From: Pseudomonas aeruginosa PAO1
Lineage (GTDB): Bacteria; Pseudomonadota; Gammaproteobacteria; Pseudomonadales; Pseudomonadaceae
Length of the DNA: 64,000 bases
Strand: one strand, 5' to 3'
Assembly: GCF_000006765.1 (NCBI RefSeq)
Contig: NC_002516.2
Shown one piece after another: positions 1 to 10,915 of the stretch. Every line of letters begins with the position of its first letter. The stretch's first letter is position 1. The position numbers and the translations under genes were made by a program. The notes under the pieces were generated by a model. It was not told the DNA's origin. It searched no databases and saw only the letters and a list, made by a program, of their open reading frames with translations.

Positions 1-2
1 CG

Positions 3-1439
3 CTGGCGATCCTCTCGATCGCCCTGCTCTATCTCGGCTTGCGCGGCCTTCCCGGCAAGTCCGCCCTGTGGCGCGGCTGGTGGTACGGTTTCGGCGCGTT
101 CGGCGCCGGCACCAGCTGGATCTACGTCAGTATCCATGACTACGGCGCCGCCTCGGTGCCGCTGGCAAGCCTCCTCATGCTCGGCTTCACCGCCGGCGTC
201 GCCTTCTTCTTCGCCCTGCCGGCCTGGCTGTGGGCGCGCTGCCTGCGCCGCGACAACGCGCCGCTGGGCGACGCCCTGGCGTTCGCCGCCCTGTGGCTGG
301 CACTGGAGCTGTTCCGCAGTTGGTTCCTTACCGGTTTCCCCTGGCTCTACGCCGGCTATAGCCAGTTGCAGGGACCGCTGGCCGGGCTGGTACCGGTGGG
401 CGGCGTATGGCTGTCCTCCTTCGTCATCGCCCTCAGCGCGGCCCTGCTGGTGAACCTGCCGCGCCTCTTCCCGCACGGTGCCAGCCTGCTTCTGGGGCTG
501 GTCCTGCTGCTCGGCCCGTGGGCGGCCGGCCTCTATCTCAAGGGCCACGCCTGGACCCATTCGGCCGGCGAACCGCTGAGGGTAGTGGCGATCCAGGGCA
601 ACATCGCCCAGGAGCTGAAATGGGACCCGAATCAGGTCCGCGCGCAACTCGACCTCTACCGCGACCTGAGCCTGCCGCAGCAGGACGTCGACCTGATCGT
701 CTGGCCGGAAACCGCGGTGCCGATTCTCCAGGACATGGCCAGCGGCTACCTCGGCGCCATGGGCCAGGTCGCCGACGAGAAGAACGCCGCGCTGATCACC
801 GGGGTCCCGGTGCGTGAACGTCTCGCCGACGGCAAGAGTCGCTACTTCAACGGCATCACCGTGGTCGGCGAAGGCGCGGGCACCTACCTCAAGCAGAAGC
901 TGGTGCCGTTCGGCGAGTACGTGCCGCTGCAGGACCTGCTGCGCGGCCTGATCGCCTTCTTCGACCTGCCGATGTCCGACTTCGCTCGCGGTCCGGCCGA
1001 CCAGCCGCTGCTCAAGGCCAAGGGCTACCAGATCGCCCCGTACATCTGCTACGAAGTGGTCTACCCGGAGTTCGCCGCCGCGCTCGCGGCGCAGAGCCAG
1101 GTGTTGCTGACAGTGAGCAACGACACCTGGTTCGGCACTTCCATAGGCCCTTTGCAGCACCTGCAGATGGCACAGATGCGCGCCCTGGAAAGCGGTCGCT
1201 GGATGATCCGCGCGACCAACAACGGCGTCACCGGCCTGATCGATCCCTATGGCCGGATCGTCCGGCAGATCCCGCAGTTCCAGCAGGGCATCCTGCGCGG
1301 CGAGGTGATTCCCATGCAGGGCCTGACGCCCTATCTGCAATACCGCGTCTGGCCGCTGGCCGGGTTGGCCGGCGTGCTGCTGCTATGGGCTCTGCTCGGC
1401 CGCCAGTTGCGTCCGCAGGAGCGACGCCTGTTCGGCTGA
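3..1439 (+). CDS. lnt: Apolipoprotein N-acyltransferase (5' end outside window)
   Basis: Multi-TM N-terminus plus nitrilase-fold motifs WPETA, KQKLVPFGEY, ICYE and SNDTWFG; the frame is open from the window start. Confidence 0.95.
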   Translation: MAILSIALLYLGLRGLPGKSALWRGWWYGFGAFGAGTSWIYVSIHDYGAASVPLASLLMLGFTAGVAFFFALPAWLWARCLRRDNAPLGDALAFAALWLALELFRSWFLTGFPWLYAGYSQLQGPLAGLVPVGGVWLSSFVIALSAALLVNLPRLFPHGASLLLGLVLLLGPWAAGLYLKGHAWTHSAGEPLRVVAIQGNIAQELKWDPNQVRAQLDLYRDLSLPQQDVDLIVWPETAVPILQDMASGYLGAMGQVADEKNAALITGVPVRERLADGKSRYFNGITVVGEGAGTYLKQKLVPFGEYVPLQDLLRGLIAFFDLPMSDFARGPADQPLLKAKGYQIAPYICYEVVYPEFAAALAAQSQVLLTVSNDTWFGTSIGPLQHLQMAQMRALESGRWMIRATNNGVTGLIDPYGRIVRQIPQFQQGILRGEVIPMQGLTPYLQYRVWPLAGLAGVLLLWALLGRQLRPQERRLFG

Positions 1440-1459
1440 AACCAGCCCCTCCTGGAAAG

Positions 1460-1482
1460 ACCGGCGCCCCTGCGGCGCCGGT
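1460..1482. terminator. GC-rich hairpin between convergent lnt and YdcF-like gene
   Basis: ACCGGCGCC-cctgc-GGCGCCGGT perfect 9-bp stem between the two stop codons; no strong U-tract. Confidence 0.5.
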
Positions 1483-1488
1483 TGCGTC

Positions 1489-2250
1489 TCAGCGGTAGAA
1501 CAGGCGATAGCCGACCAGGCCGATCGCCTCGTTCAGCAGCATGCCGCTCTGCCAGAAGGCCTGCGCTTCCGGCAGCCAGCCGCCGAAGGGCCGCAGGTTG
1601 GCCCCGCCGAGGAAGCCGACCGGCGCCGGGATCACCTCGAACCCCTGGCGCTCGAAGCTCCAGCGTGCCCGCTGCATGTGCCAGGCCTGGGTCACCAGCA
1701 CCACCCGGCGCACGCCGGCCTCGCGCAACTGCGGGGCGCTCAGGGTGGCGTTTTCCCAGGTGGTACGGCTGAGACCTTCCTGCCAGCGCGTCGGCACGCC
1801 GAAGTCCTGCAACAGGGCATTGGCCATCAGCGCCGCCTCGCTGGGCGGGCGTCCGTAATGCAACCCGCCGCTGATCAGTACCGGCAGCGCCGAGGTCTTG
1901 GCCAGCCGCGCGGCATAGCGCAGCCGCTCGGCCGCCAGCAGGCTCGGCGCATCGTCGCCCCAGGCCGGGTCGTTGGTCTGCCGGCCGGCACCGAGGATGA
2001 CGATGGCGTCGGCGCGCTGCGCCAGGCCCGGCAGATCCTCCGCCAGCAGGGCCGGTTCGCTTTCGAGCCAGCGCGCCATCCACTCCACGCTGAGCGGCAT
2101 GCTCATCAGCCACAGACCGAAGAACCCGCAGACACCGCACAGCCGCGCCAGCCTCGGTCGGCTGGTGCGCCACCAGAAAGCGAAAAACAGCAGCAGCAAC
2201 AGGCCGCCCGGCGGCAGCAGAAGTTGCTTGAAGAAATAACGGATCGGCAT
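1489..2250 (-). CDS. YdcF/ElyC-like (DUF218) membrane protein
   Basis: N-terminal TM helices; motifs AIVILGAG, VLISGG, EA..M, S.TT.ENA and LVTQAWHM.RA. Confidence 0.85.
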   Translation of the reverse strand: MPIRYFFKQLLLPPGGLLLLLFFAFWWRTSRPRLARLCGVCGFFGLWLMSMPLSVEWMARWLESEPALLAEDLPGLAQRADAIVILGAGRQTNDPAWGDDAPSLLAAERLRYAARLAKTSALPVLISGGLHYGRPPSEAALMANALLQDFGVPTRWQEGLSRTTWENATLSAPQLREAGVRRVVLVTQAWHMQRARWSFERQGFEVIPAPVGFLGGANLRPFGGWLPEAQAFWQSGMLLNEAIGLVGYRLFYR

Positions 2251-2322
2251 CGCCCCCTCCCTGTCGGAAGAGGCAATCTAAAGGATTGCGCGACGCCTGG
2301 CGAAACTTCCCGGAAAGAGACC

Positions 2323-2754
2323 CTAGCGGCCGTTGCCCGAACGGAACAGTTGCGAGCCGCAATGGCCGCACGGCAACACGCCATGCCCCTTGCTCCACTG
2401 CACCGGCGCACCGCAGAGCGCACAGAGCAGTTGCCGCTGTTTCAACGAGACGTGGCGACGGGGCGCCGGCGGTTGCGGCCGGGGCGGCCGGGGTGTCCTG
2501 CCGGGCTGGCGCTCGAGCAGCGCCAGCTCCTCGGCGGCCGCATGCCAGCCGCGCAACCAGTGCAGGTCCTGGTCGAGATAGGCGCGTATCAGCCCCATCT
2601 CCGCTTCGCTCAAACCACGCAACTCAAGCTCCGTGGGATGCTCGTCACGCAGGCGCTCGGCCGTATCCGCTTCATCCAGAGCCAGGGCGAGACGCTGCAG
2701 CAGCCTCTCGTACAGCCCACCTCCCGTCACACTCGCGCGTTGCAGCTCAGCCAT
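2323..2754 (-). CDS. Zinc-ribbon-containing hypothetical protein
   Basis: Start MAELQ chosen within ORF 2323..2802; C-terminal CALC...CGHCGSQLF zinc ribbon. Confidence 0.7.
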   Translation of the reverse strand: MAELQRASVTGGGLYERLLQRLALALDEADTAERLRDEHPTELELRGLSEAEMGLIRAYLDQDLHWLRGWHAAAEELALLERQPGRTPRPPRPQPPAPRRHVSLKQRQLLCALCGAPVQWSKGHGVLPCGHCGSQLFRSGNGR

Positions 2755-2804
2755 CGAACACCTCTGAAGGTACCACTGGGCAGCCAGCCATCGACGGCCC
2801 ATAG

Positions 2805-5546
<2,742 letters not shown>

Positions 5547-5612
5547 TACGCGATTCCATTGGACGCCCCCGGCCATCCGGGGGCGCTGATCAACAGGAGT
5601 GAGGGAAGCTTG

Positions 5613-6236
5613 ATGAAACGTATCCTGACCAGCGCCGCGCTGATCGGTATGACCACCCTGCTGGCCGCCTGCGGCTTCCAACTGCGCGGCCTGGGCGATG
5701 CGCAATTCGCGCTCAAGGAAATCGACGTGTCCGCGCGCAACGCCTACGGCCCGACCGTGCGCGAACTGAAGGAAACCCTGGAAAACAGCGGCGTGAAGGT
5801 CACCAGCAACGCGCCCTACCACCTGGTGCTGGTCCGCGAGGACAACCAGCAGCGCACCGTCAGCTACACCGGTTCCGCGCGCGGCGCGGAGTTCGAGCTG
5901 ACCAACACGATCAACTACGAGATCGTCGGCGCCAACGACCTGGTCCTGATGAGCAACCAGGTACAGGTGCAGAAGGTCTACGTGCACGACGAAAACAACC
6001 TGATCGGTTCCGACCAGGAAGCCGCGCAGCTGCGCAGCGAGATGCGGCGCGACCTGATCCAGCAGTTGTCCATGCGCCTCCAGGCGCTGACCCCGGCGCA
6101 ACTCGACGAAGCCCAGCGCCAGGCAGAAGCCAAGGCCAAGGCGGAAGCCGAAGCCCTGCGCGCCGCCGACGAGGCGGAGCGCCAGCGCCGCGCCGCCGAG
6201 CCGCAGCAGTCGCCGATCGAGTTCCCCACCCCGTGA
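5613..6236 (+). CDS. lptE: LPS-assembly lipoprotein LptE
   Basis: Lipobox LLAAC followed by GFQLRG; position between leuS and holA; ATG at 5613 after GAGGGA. Confidence 0.95.
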
Positions 6237-6273
6237 TGCCCCGGGGCCGGTTTCGCCGGCCCCGTCTTCTCCT

Positions 6274-7311
6274 ATGAAGCTGACTCCCGCGCAACTCGCC
6301 AAGCACCTCCAGGGCCCCCTGGCGCCCGTCTATGTCGTCAGCGGCGATGAACCGCTGCTCTGCCAGGAAGCCTGCGATGCCATTCGCCAGGCCTGCCGCG
6401 AGCGCGACTTCGGCGAGCGCCAGGTATTCAATGCCGAAGCCAACTTCGATTGGGGCTTGCTGCTGGAGGCCGGCGCCAGCCTGTCGCTGTTCGCCGAGAA
6501 GCGCCTGATCGAACTGCGCCTGCCCTCCGGCAAGCCCGGCGACAAAGGCGCGGCGATTCTCCAGGAATACCTGCAACGGCCGCCGGAAGACACCGTGCTC
6601 CTGCTCGGTCTGCCCAAGCTCGATGGCAGCACGCAGAAGACCAAGTGGGCCAAGGCCCTGATCGATGGCAACGCCGCGCAGTTCATCCAGGTCTGGCCGG
6701 TCGACGTCCACCAGTTGCCGCAGTGGATTCGCCAGCGCCTGTCCCAGGCTGGCCTGTCCGCCAGCCCCGAAGCCCTGGAGCTGATCGCCGCGCGCGTGGA
6801 AGGCAACCTGCTCGCCGCCGCCCAGGAAATCGAAAAGCTCAAGCTGCTCGCCGAGGGCAACCAGATCGACGCCGCCACCGTACAGGCCGCGGTCGCCGAC
6901 AGCGCACGCTTCGATGTCTTCGGCCTGATCGACGCTGCCCTTGGCGGTGAAGCGGCCCACGCCCTGCGCATCCTGGAAGGACTGCGCGGCGAAGGCATCG
7001 AGCCGCCGGTGATCCTCTGGGGCCTGGCCCGCGAGATCCGCCTGCTGGCTGGCCTGTCCCAGCAATACGGCCAGGGCATCCCGCTGGAGAAAGCCTTCGC
7101 CCAGGCGCGTCCGCCGGTCTGGGACAAGCGCCGTCCGCTGCTGACCCGTGCCCTGCAACGCCACTCCAGCAGCCGCTGGAACCAGATGCTGAGGGATGCC
7201 CAGTTGATCGACGCGCAGATCAAGGGACAGGCACCCGGCAGCCCCTGGAGCGGTCTCTCGCTTCTCGCCCTGAGCCTCGCCGGCCAGCGCCTCGGCCTGC
7301 CGGCAGCCTGA
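6274..7311 (+). CDS. holA: DNA polymerase III delta subunit
   Basis: YVVSGDEPLL, SLFAEKRLIELR and EGNLLAAAQEIEKL motifs; synteny. Confidence 0.96.
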   Translation: MKLTPAQLAKHLQGPLAPVYVVSGDEPLLCQEACDAIRQACRERDFGERQVFNAEANFDWGLLLEAGASLSLFAEKRLIELRLPSGKPGDKGAAILQEYLQRPPEDTVLLLGLPKLDGSTQKTKWAKALIDGNAAQFIQVWPVDVHQLPQWIRQRLSQAGLSASPEALELIAARVEGNLLAAAQEIEKLKLLAEGNQIDAATVQAAVADSARFDVFGLIDAALGGEAAHALRILEGLRGEGIEPPVILWGLAREIRLLAGLSQQYGQGIPLEKAFAQARPPVWDKRRPLLTRALQRHSSSRWNQMLRDAQLIDAQIKGQAPGSPWSGLSLLALSLAGQRLGLPAA

Positions 7312-7402
7312 AGGCGCAACCGGCACTGGACAATCCGCGGCGACAGGCAGATGATGCGCGCGCTGGCGAGCGCCAGCCCGATCACCTTCGAGGACCTATG
7401 CC

Positions 7403-7555
7403 ATGGCAAAGAAAAGCAAGCGGCCGAACAAGGCCAAATCCCTGGTCGCCCAGCCACTGTTCCGCAGCCGCCAGGAACAGGCGAAGAAAGGCAAAGGCAG
7501 CTACCGCCGCGAAGCCTCCCGTAACTGGGAGGCTTCTTTCGTTATGGCGGCCTGA
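7403..7555 (+). CDS. arfA: Alternative ribosome-rescue factor A (50 aa; not in the ORF track)
   Basis: Hand translation MAKKSKRPNKAKSLVAQPLFRSRQEQAKKGKGSYRREASRNWEASFVMAA contains the ArfA signature LF..R.E..KKGKGSY.R; RBS GAGGA upstream. Confidence 0.9.
   Translation: MAKKSKRPNKAKSLVAQPLFRSRQEQAKKGKGSYRREASRNWEASFVMAA
7511..7543 (+). terminator. Intrinsic terminator-like hairpin inside the arfA CDS
   Basis: GAAGCCTCCC-gtaact-GGGAGGCTTC 10-bp perfect stem followed by TTTCGTT, upstream of the arfA stop codon. Confidence 0.75.
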
Positions 7556-7670
7556 AACAGCCGCTGGTCCATCCTCCCGCAACGCCCTCCTCACCCACGC
7601 GCCCCGCCTACCCCGCCCGAAGCCCGTCGACAAGACCAACCCCACCGCCAGCCTGCCGCCCATGGGCACA

Positions 7671-7889
7671 CTATCGTCGGCGCGCAAGCCCTGGCCCCAT
7701 CGGGTTGGGCGAAAAGCCAATGGTTCCTCCATCATGATCCGCGGCCTCGACATCCCGCGCGGCCGACTGGCAACCCTCTGGCCATTGCAGCGCACGAACC
7801 AGGCTCGGGCGTTCGATGCCGACGCCGAAGCGGGTAGCCATGTCGCGCAGAACGAAGGCCAGGAAGAAGAAGTCGAAGGCCTCGAGCAT
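7671..7889 (-). pseudogene. Probable degraded MFS transporter N-terminal fragment
   Basis: MLEAFDFFFLAFVLRDMATRFGVGIE resembles TM1 of SHS/NanT-like MFS permeases; the similarity collapses after about 30 aa. Confidence 0.4.
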
Positions 7890-8130
7890 GCCGCGCGACC
7901 CGTCGCCGATCCCGACTCGGGTGCGCCGCGAGGCTTCGACAGGCGGCGGAGCGGTACGGACGAAACCATTGGCCGCCCGACAGTGACCGAACATATGGCG
8001 AACGATATCCACCGCGCCGATGGAACCACATTGGCGAACCCGGGGCCCCGCCGGCGCGTCCAACGACGGCAGACGCGTCCTGGCCGGCGTGCTAAGGTGG
8101 CCCGTCCCGAGGACCCTGCTGAGGAGAGCA

Positions 8131-9477
8131 ATGCGTAACCCCGAACGATCCGCCCTGCTGAAGGTGAGCGGGCTGCTGGGCAGCACCGTCGTCGCCATGG
8201 GGCTTGGCCTCTCCAGCGCCTGCGCGCAGAAGAATCCGACAGTCGAATACAACCAGCCTGCCGCTCCCCTGCAGACCAAGGCGCCCTTCTCCGGCGCCGG
8301 CCCGGCCGCCTCGGTGCCCGCTGGCGCGCCGAACGAGGCCCAGCCTGGGCAAAGCTTCGAACAGTGGCGCGACGCCTTCCGTCAACAGGCGCTGGCCGGT
8401 GGAATCGATGCGCAGACCTTCGATCGCGCCTTCGCCGGCGTCCAGCCCGATCCCGCCGTGGTCGAAGCAGACCGCAGCCAGCCGGAATTCACCCGACCGG
8501 TATGGAAGTACCTGGAAGGCGCCCTCGATCCGCTGCGCGTTCGCCAGGGCCAGGCGCGCCTGGCGCAGCATGCGCGCATCCTCGGCGAAGTCGACGCGCG
8601 CTATGCGGTGGATGCGGATGCGGTGGTGGCGATCTGGGGCATGGAGAGCAACTACGGTTCGCACATGGGCAACAAGAACGTGATCCGCTCCCTGGCGACC
8701 CTCGCCTATGAAGGACGCCGCCCGGAATTCGCCCACGCCCAGTTGCTCGCCGCCCTGAAGATTCTCCAGCACGGCGACGTTCCGGCCTCCTTCATGATCG
8801 GCTCCTGGGCCGGCGCCATGGGCCAGACCCAGTTCATCCCGACCACCCACAACCAGTATGCCGTGGACTTCGACGGCGACGGCAAGCGTGACATCTGGGG
8901 CTCGCCCGGCGACGCCCTGGCCTCCACCGCCAACTACCTGAAAGCCTCCGGCTGGATCGCCGGACAACCCTGGGGTTTCGAAGTCCGCCTGCCGGCAGGC
9001 TTCGACTATTCCCTGGCGGAACTCACCATCCGCAAGCCCCTGGGCGAATGGCAAGGGATGGGCGTACAAGGCGTCAACGGCGGCCCCCTGCCCTCCGGAC
9101 TCTCCGGCGAACAGGCCTCGCTGCTGCTGCCGGCCGGGCACCGCGGCCCGGCCTTCCTGGTGCTGCACAACTTCCGCGCCATCCTCAAGTACAACAACTC
9201 CAGCGCCTACGCCCTGGCCGTCGGCCTGCTCGCCGACAGCTTCAAGGGCGGCGGCCGGATAGTCGGCGCCTGGCCGCTGGAGGATGTTCCGCTGAGCCGC
9301 TCGCAGCGCATCGAGCTGCAACGGCAACTGGCCGCCCGCGGACACGATCCGGGCGCGGTGGATGGCATCATCGGCGCCAATACGCGCAAGGCGATCCGCG
9401 CCTGCCAGCAGGAGTTCGGCTGGCCGGCGGACGGCTATCCGACCCCGGCGCTGCTCGACCGCCTGCGGACGCCATAG
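8131..9477 (+). CDS. sltB3: Lytic murein transglycosylase, MltB/SltB family, with C-terminal PG-binding domain (SltB3)
   Basis: AIWGMESNYG catalytic Glu, GSWAGAMGQTQF, EF-hand DFDGDGKRD and C-terminal DGIIGANT. Confidence 0.88.
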   Translation: MRNPERSALLKVSGLLGSTVVAMGLGLSSACAQKNPTVEYNQPAAPLQTKAPFSGAGPAASVPAGAPNEAQPGQSFEQWRDAFRQQALAGGIDAQTFDRAFAGVQPDPAVVEADRSQPEFTRPVWKYLEGALDPLRVRQGQARLAQHARILGEVDARYAVDADAVVAIWGMESNYGSHMGNKNVIRSLATLAYEGRRPEFAHAQLLAALKILQHGDVPASFMIGSWAGAMGQTQFIPTTHNQYAVDFDGDGKRDIWGSPGDALASTANYLKASGWIAGQPWGFEVRLPAGFDYSLAELTIRKPLGEWQGMGVQGVNGGPLPSGLSGEQASLLLPAGHRGPAFLVLHNFRAILKYNNSSAYALAVGLLADSFKGGGRIVGAWPLEDVPLSRSQRIELQRQLAARGHDPGAVDGIIGANTRKAIRACQQEFGWPADGYPTPALLDRLRTP

Positions 9478-9536
9478 GGCCGCCGGCGGAGCTTACGACC
9501 CCACGTCCGCCGCGACCGCTCGCGGCACACCGGTTC

Positions 9537-9543
9537 GTAGGGC
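9537..9543 (+). repeat. Left part (GTAGGGC) of the REP interrupted by the IS
   Basis: Joins to 10916-10941 to give GTAGGGCGGATAACGCCATGGGCGTTATCCGCC. Confidence 0.8.
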
Positions 9544-9549
9544 AATGAA

Positions 9550-9562
9550 ATGGACTCCTCCC
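9550..9562 (+). repeat. Left sub-terminal inverted repeat of the IS
   Basis: ATGGACTCCTCCC is the exact reverse complement of 10899-10911. Confidence 0.95.
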
Positions 9563-9622
9563 TCCTACGGCGTCAAGCGCCAGACTAATGGTGCAGCCAC
9601 AAGTCCCGGAGGGGGAGTCAGC

Positions 9623-10639
9623 ATGAACCTTAGTCGCATTGGTCTGGATCTGGCAAAACAAGTATTCCAGGTGCACGGCGTTGATCGTCACGAGCATGTG
9701 GTATGTCGTCGCCAACTCAAGCGGGCACAGGTGCGGGATTTCTTTCGCCAACTGCCGCCGTGCCTGGTGGCGATGGAGGCCTGCGGCAGTGCGCACTACT
9801 GGGCGCGCGAGTTGCGGGAGCTGGGCCACACGGTACGCCTGATCGCACCGCAGTTCGTAAAACCCTACGTCAAGGGTGACAAGCACGATGCACACGACGC
9901 CGAGGCGATCTGCGAAGCCGCCAGTCGTCCGAGCATGCGCTATGTCCCGGTGAAGAGCGCAGAGCAGCAGGCCGTGCAGTCGATGCATCGGGTGCGCAGT
10001 CGTCTAGTGCGGGCCCGCACGGCGTTGTGCAATGAGGTGCGTGGCTTGCTGGGTGAGTTCGGGCTGATCGCGACTCGACGTGGGCGAGCGGCGACGATGG
10101 CCTTGCTCGAAACGGTCATGGCTACCGAGCCGGCGCCCTTGCCGGCCCCGATGGGCGAGCTGTTGCGTGAATTGAAAGATGAATTGCAGACGCTGGAGGC
10201 GCGCATCGCTCGACTGGAGCGACAGATTCAGGCTCACGTACGTGGCGATGCCCGCATCCAGCGCCTGCTGGCGGTGGAAGGCATCGGCCCGATCAGCGCC
10301 AGCGCGGTGGCGGCATCCGCCGGTGATGCACGGCAATTCCGCACGGGCCGCCAGTTTGCGGCCTGGCTGGGCCTGGTGCCACGGCAGCACTCCACGGGCG
10401 GGCAGCAGCGCTTGGGCAACATCAGCAAGCGCGGCGATACCTACTTGCGGACCTTGCTCATCCATGGCGCCCGTGCAGTCGTGCGCTGTTGCGCCAACAA
10501 GACCGATGCCCGCAGCCGCTGGCTGCAAGGTCTGCTGCAACGGCGTCCTGCCAATGTCGTCGCCGTTGCCCTGGCCAACAAGAATGCCCGGATCCTTTGG
10601 GCTTTACTCAGCCGGGAGACATGCTACCGGCCCGGTTGA
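9623..10639 (+). CDS. IS110-family DEDD transposase/recombinase (338 aa)
   Basis: RuvC-like IGLDLAK (D), AMEACG (E), KHDAHDA (DD), plus C-terminal GLVPRQHSTGG carrying the conserved Ser; RBS GGAGGGGGAG upstream. Confidence 0.96.
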   Translation: MNLSRIGLDLAKQVFQVHGVDRHEHVVCRRQLKRAQVRDFFRQLPPCLVAMEACGSAHYWARELRELGHTVRLIAPQFVKPYVKGDKHDAHDAEAICEAASRPSMRYVPVKSAEQQAVQSMHRVRSRLVRARTALCNEVRGLLGEFGLIATRRGRAATMALLETVMATEPAPLPAPMGELLRELKDELQTLEARIARLERQIQAHVRGDARIQRLLAVEGIGPISASAVAASAGDARQFRTGRQFAAWLGLVPRQHSTGGQQRLGNISKRGDTYLRTLLIHGARAVVRCCANKTDARSRWLQGLLQRRPANVVAVALANKNARILWALLSRETCYRPG

Positions 10640-10717
10640 GCGTTCCTGCCACACCGTAGTTGAAACATCCACCACGATTGCTCAGTGAATGACAATGATG
10701 ACGAACCGGTCGAACCG

Positions 10718-10856
10718 GCCTGCATGAAACCTGGTTTATACGTGGGCTCCCTGCTGCAGTGAAGCAAAGCCGTTAGGGCGATCAGGTATGCAGGCGCGCA
10801 TTTCATCAGGGCTCGGGAGTTGCAACACCACTCCATGAAGCCGGATATACGGATGC
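10718..10856 (+). ncRNA. Predicted bridge/seek guide RNA core of the IS (target-binding and donor-binding hairpins); true ends unknown
   Basis: Two tandem stem / internal-loop / GGCT:AGCC-stem structures whose loops match the target REP and the IS circle junction. Confidence 0.75.
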
Positions 10857-10898
10857 AGTCGTACACAGGTTTGAAATCAAGACAAACACTGGCAAACC

Positions 10899-10911
10899 GG
10901 GAGGAGTCCAT
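10899..10911 (-). repeat. Right sub-terminal inverted repeat of the IS
   Basis: GGGAGGAGTCCAT is the exact reverse complement of 9550-9562. Confidence 0.95.
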
Positions 10912-10915
10912 ATAC

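Larger units (their letters stand above)
9544..10915 (+). mobile_element. IS110-family, IS1111-group insertion sequence (ISPa11-like), 1372 bp
   Basis: DEDD transposase, 13-bp sub-terminal inverted repeats, long 3' non-coding region, no flanking direct repeat. Removing it restores a REP. One C (9543 or 10915) is shared between element and target. Confidence 0.93.

Noticed and set aside
7398-8138. 246-aa ORF over the arfA region
   Set aside because: Low-complexity Arg/Pro-rich product; the real gene is arfA in another frame.
9362-9622. 87-aa N-terminal extension of the transposase in the ORF track
   Set aside because: It crosses the IS boundary into sltB3; the strong RBS supports the ATG at 9623.
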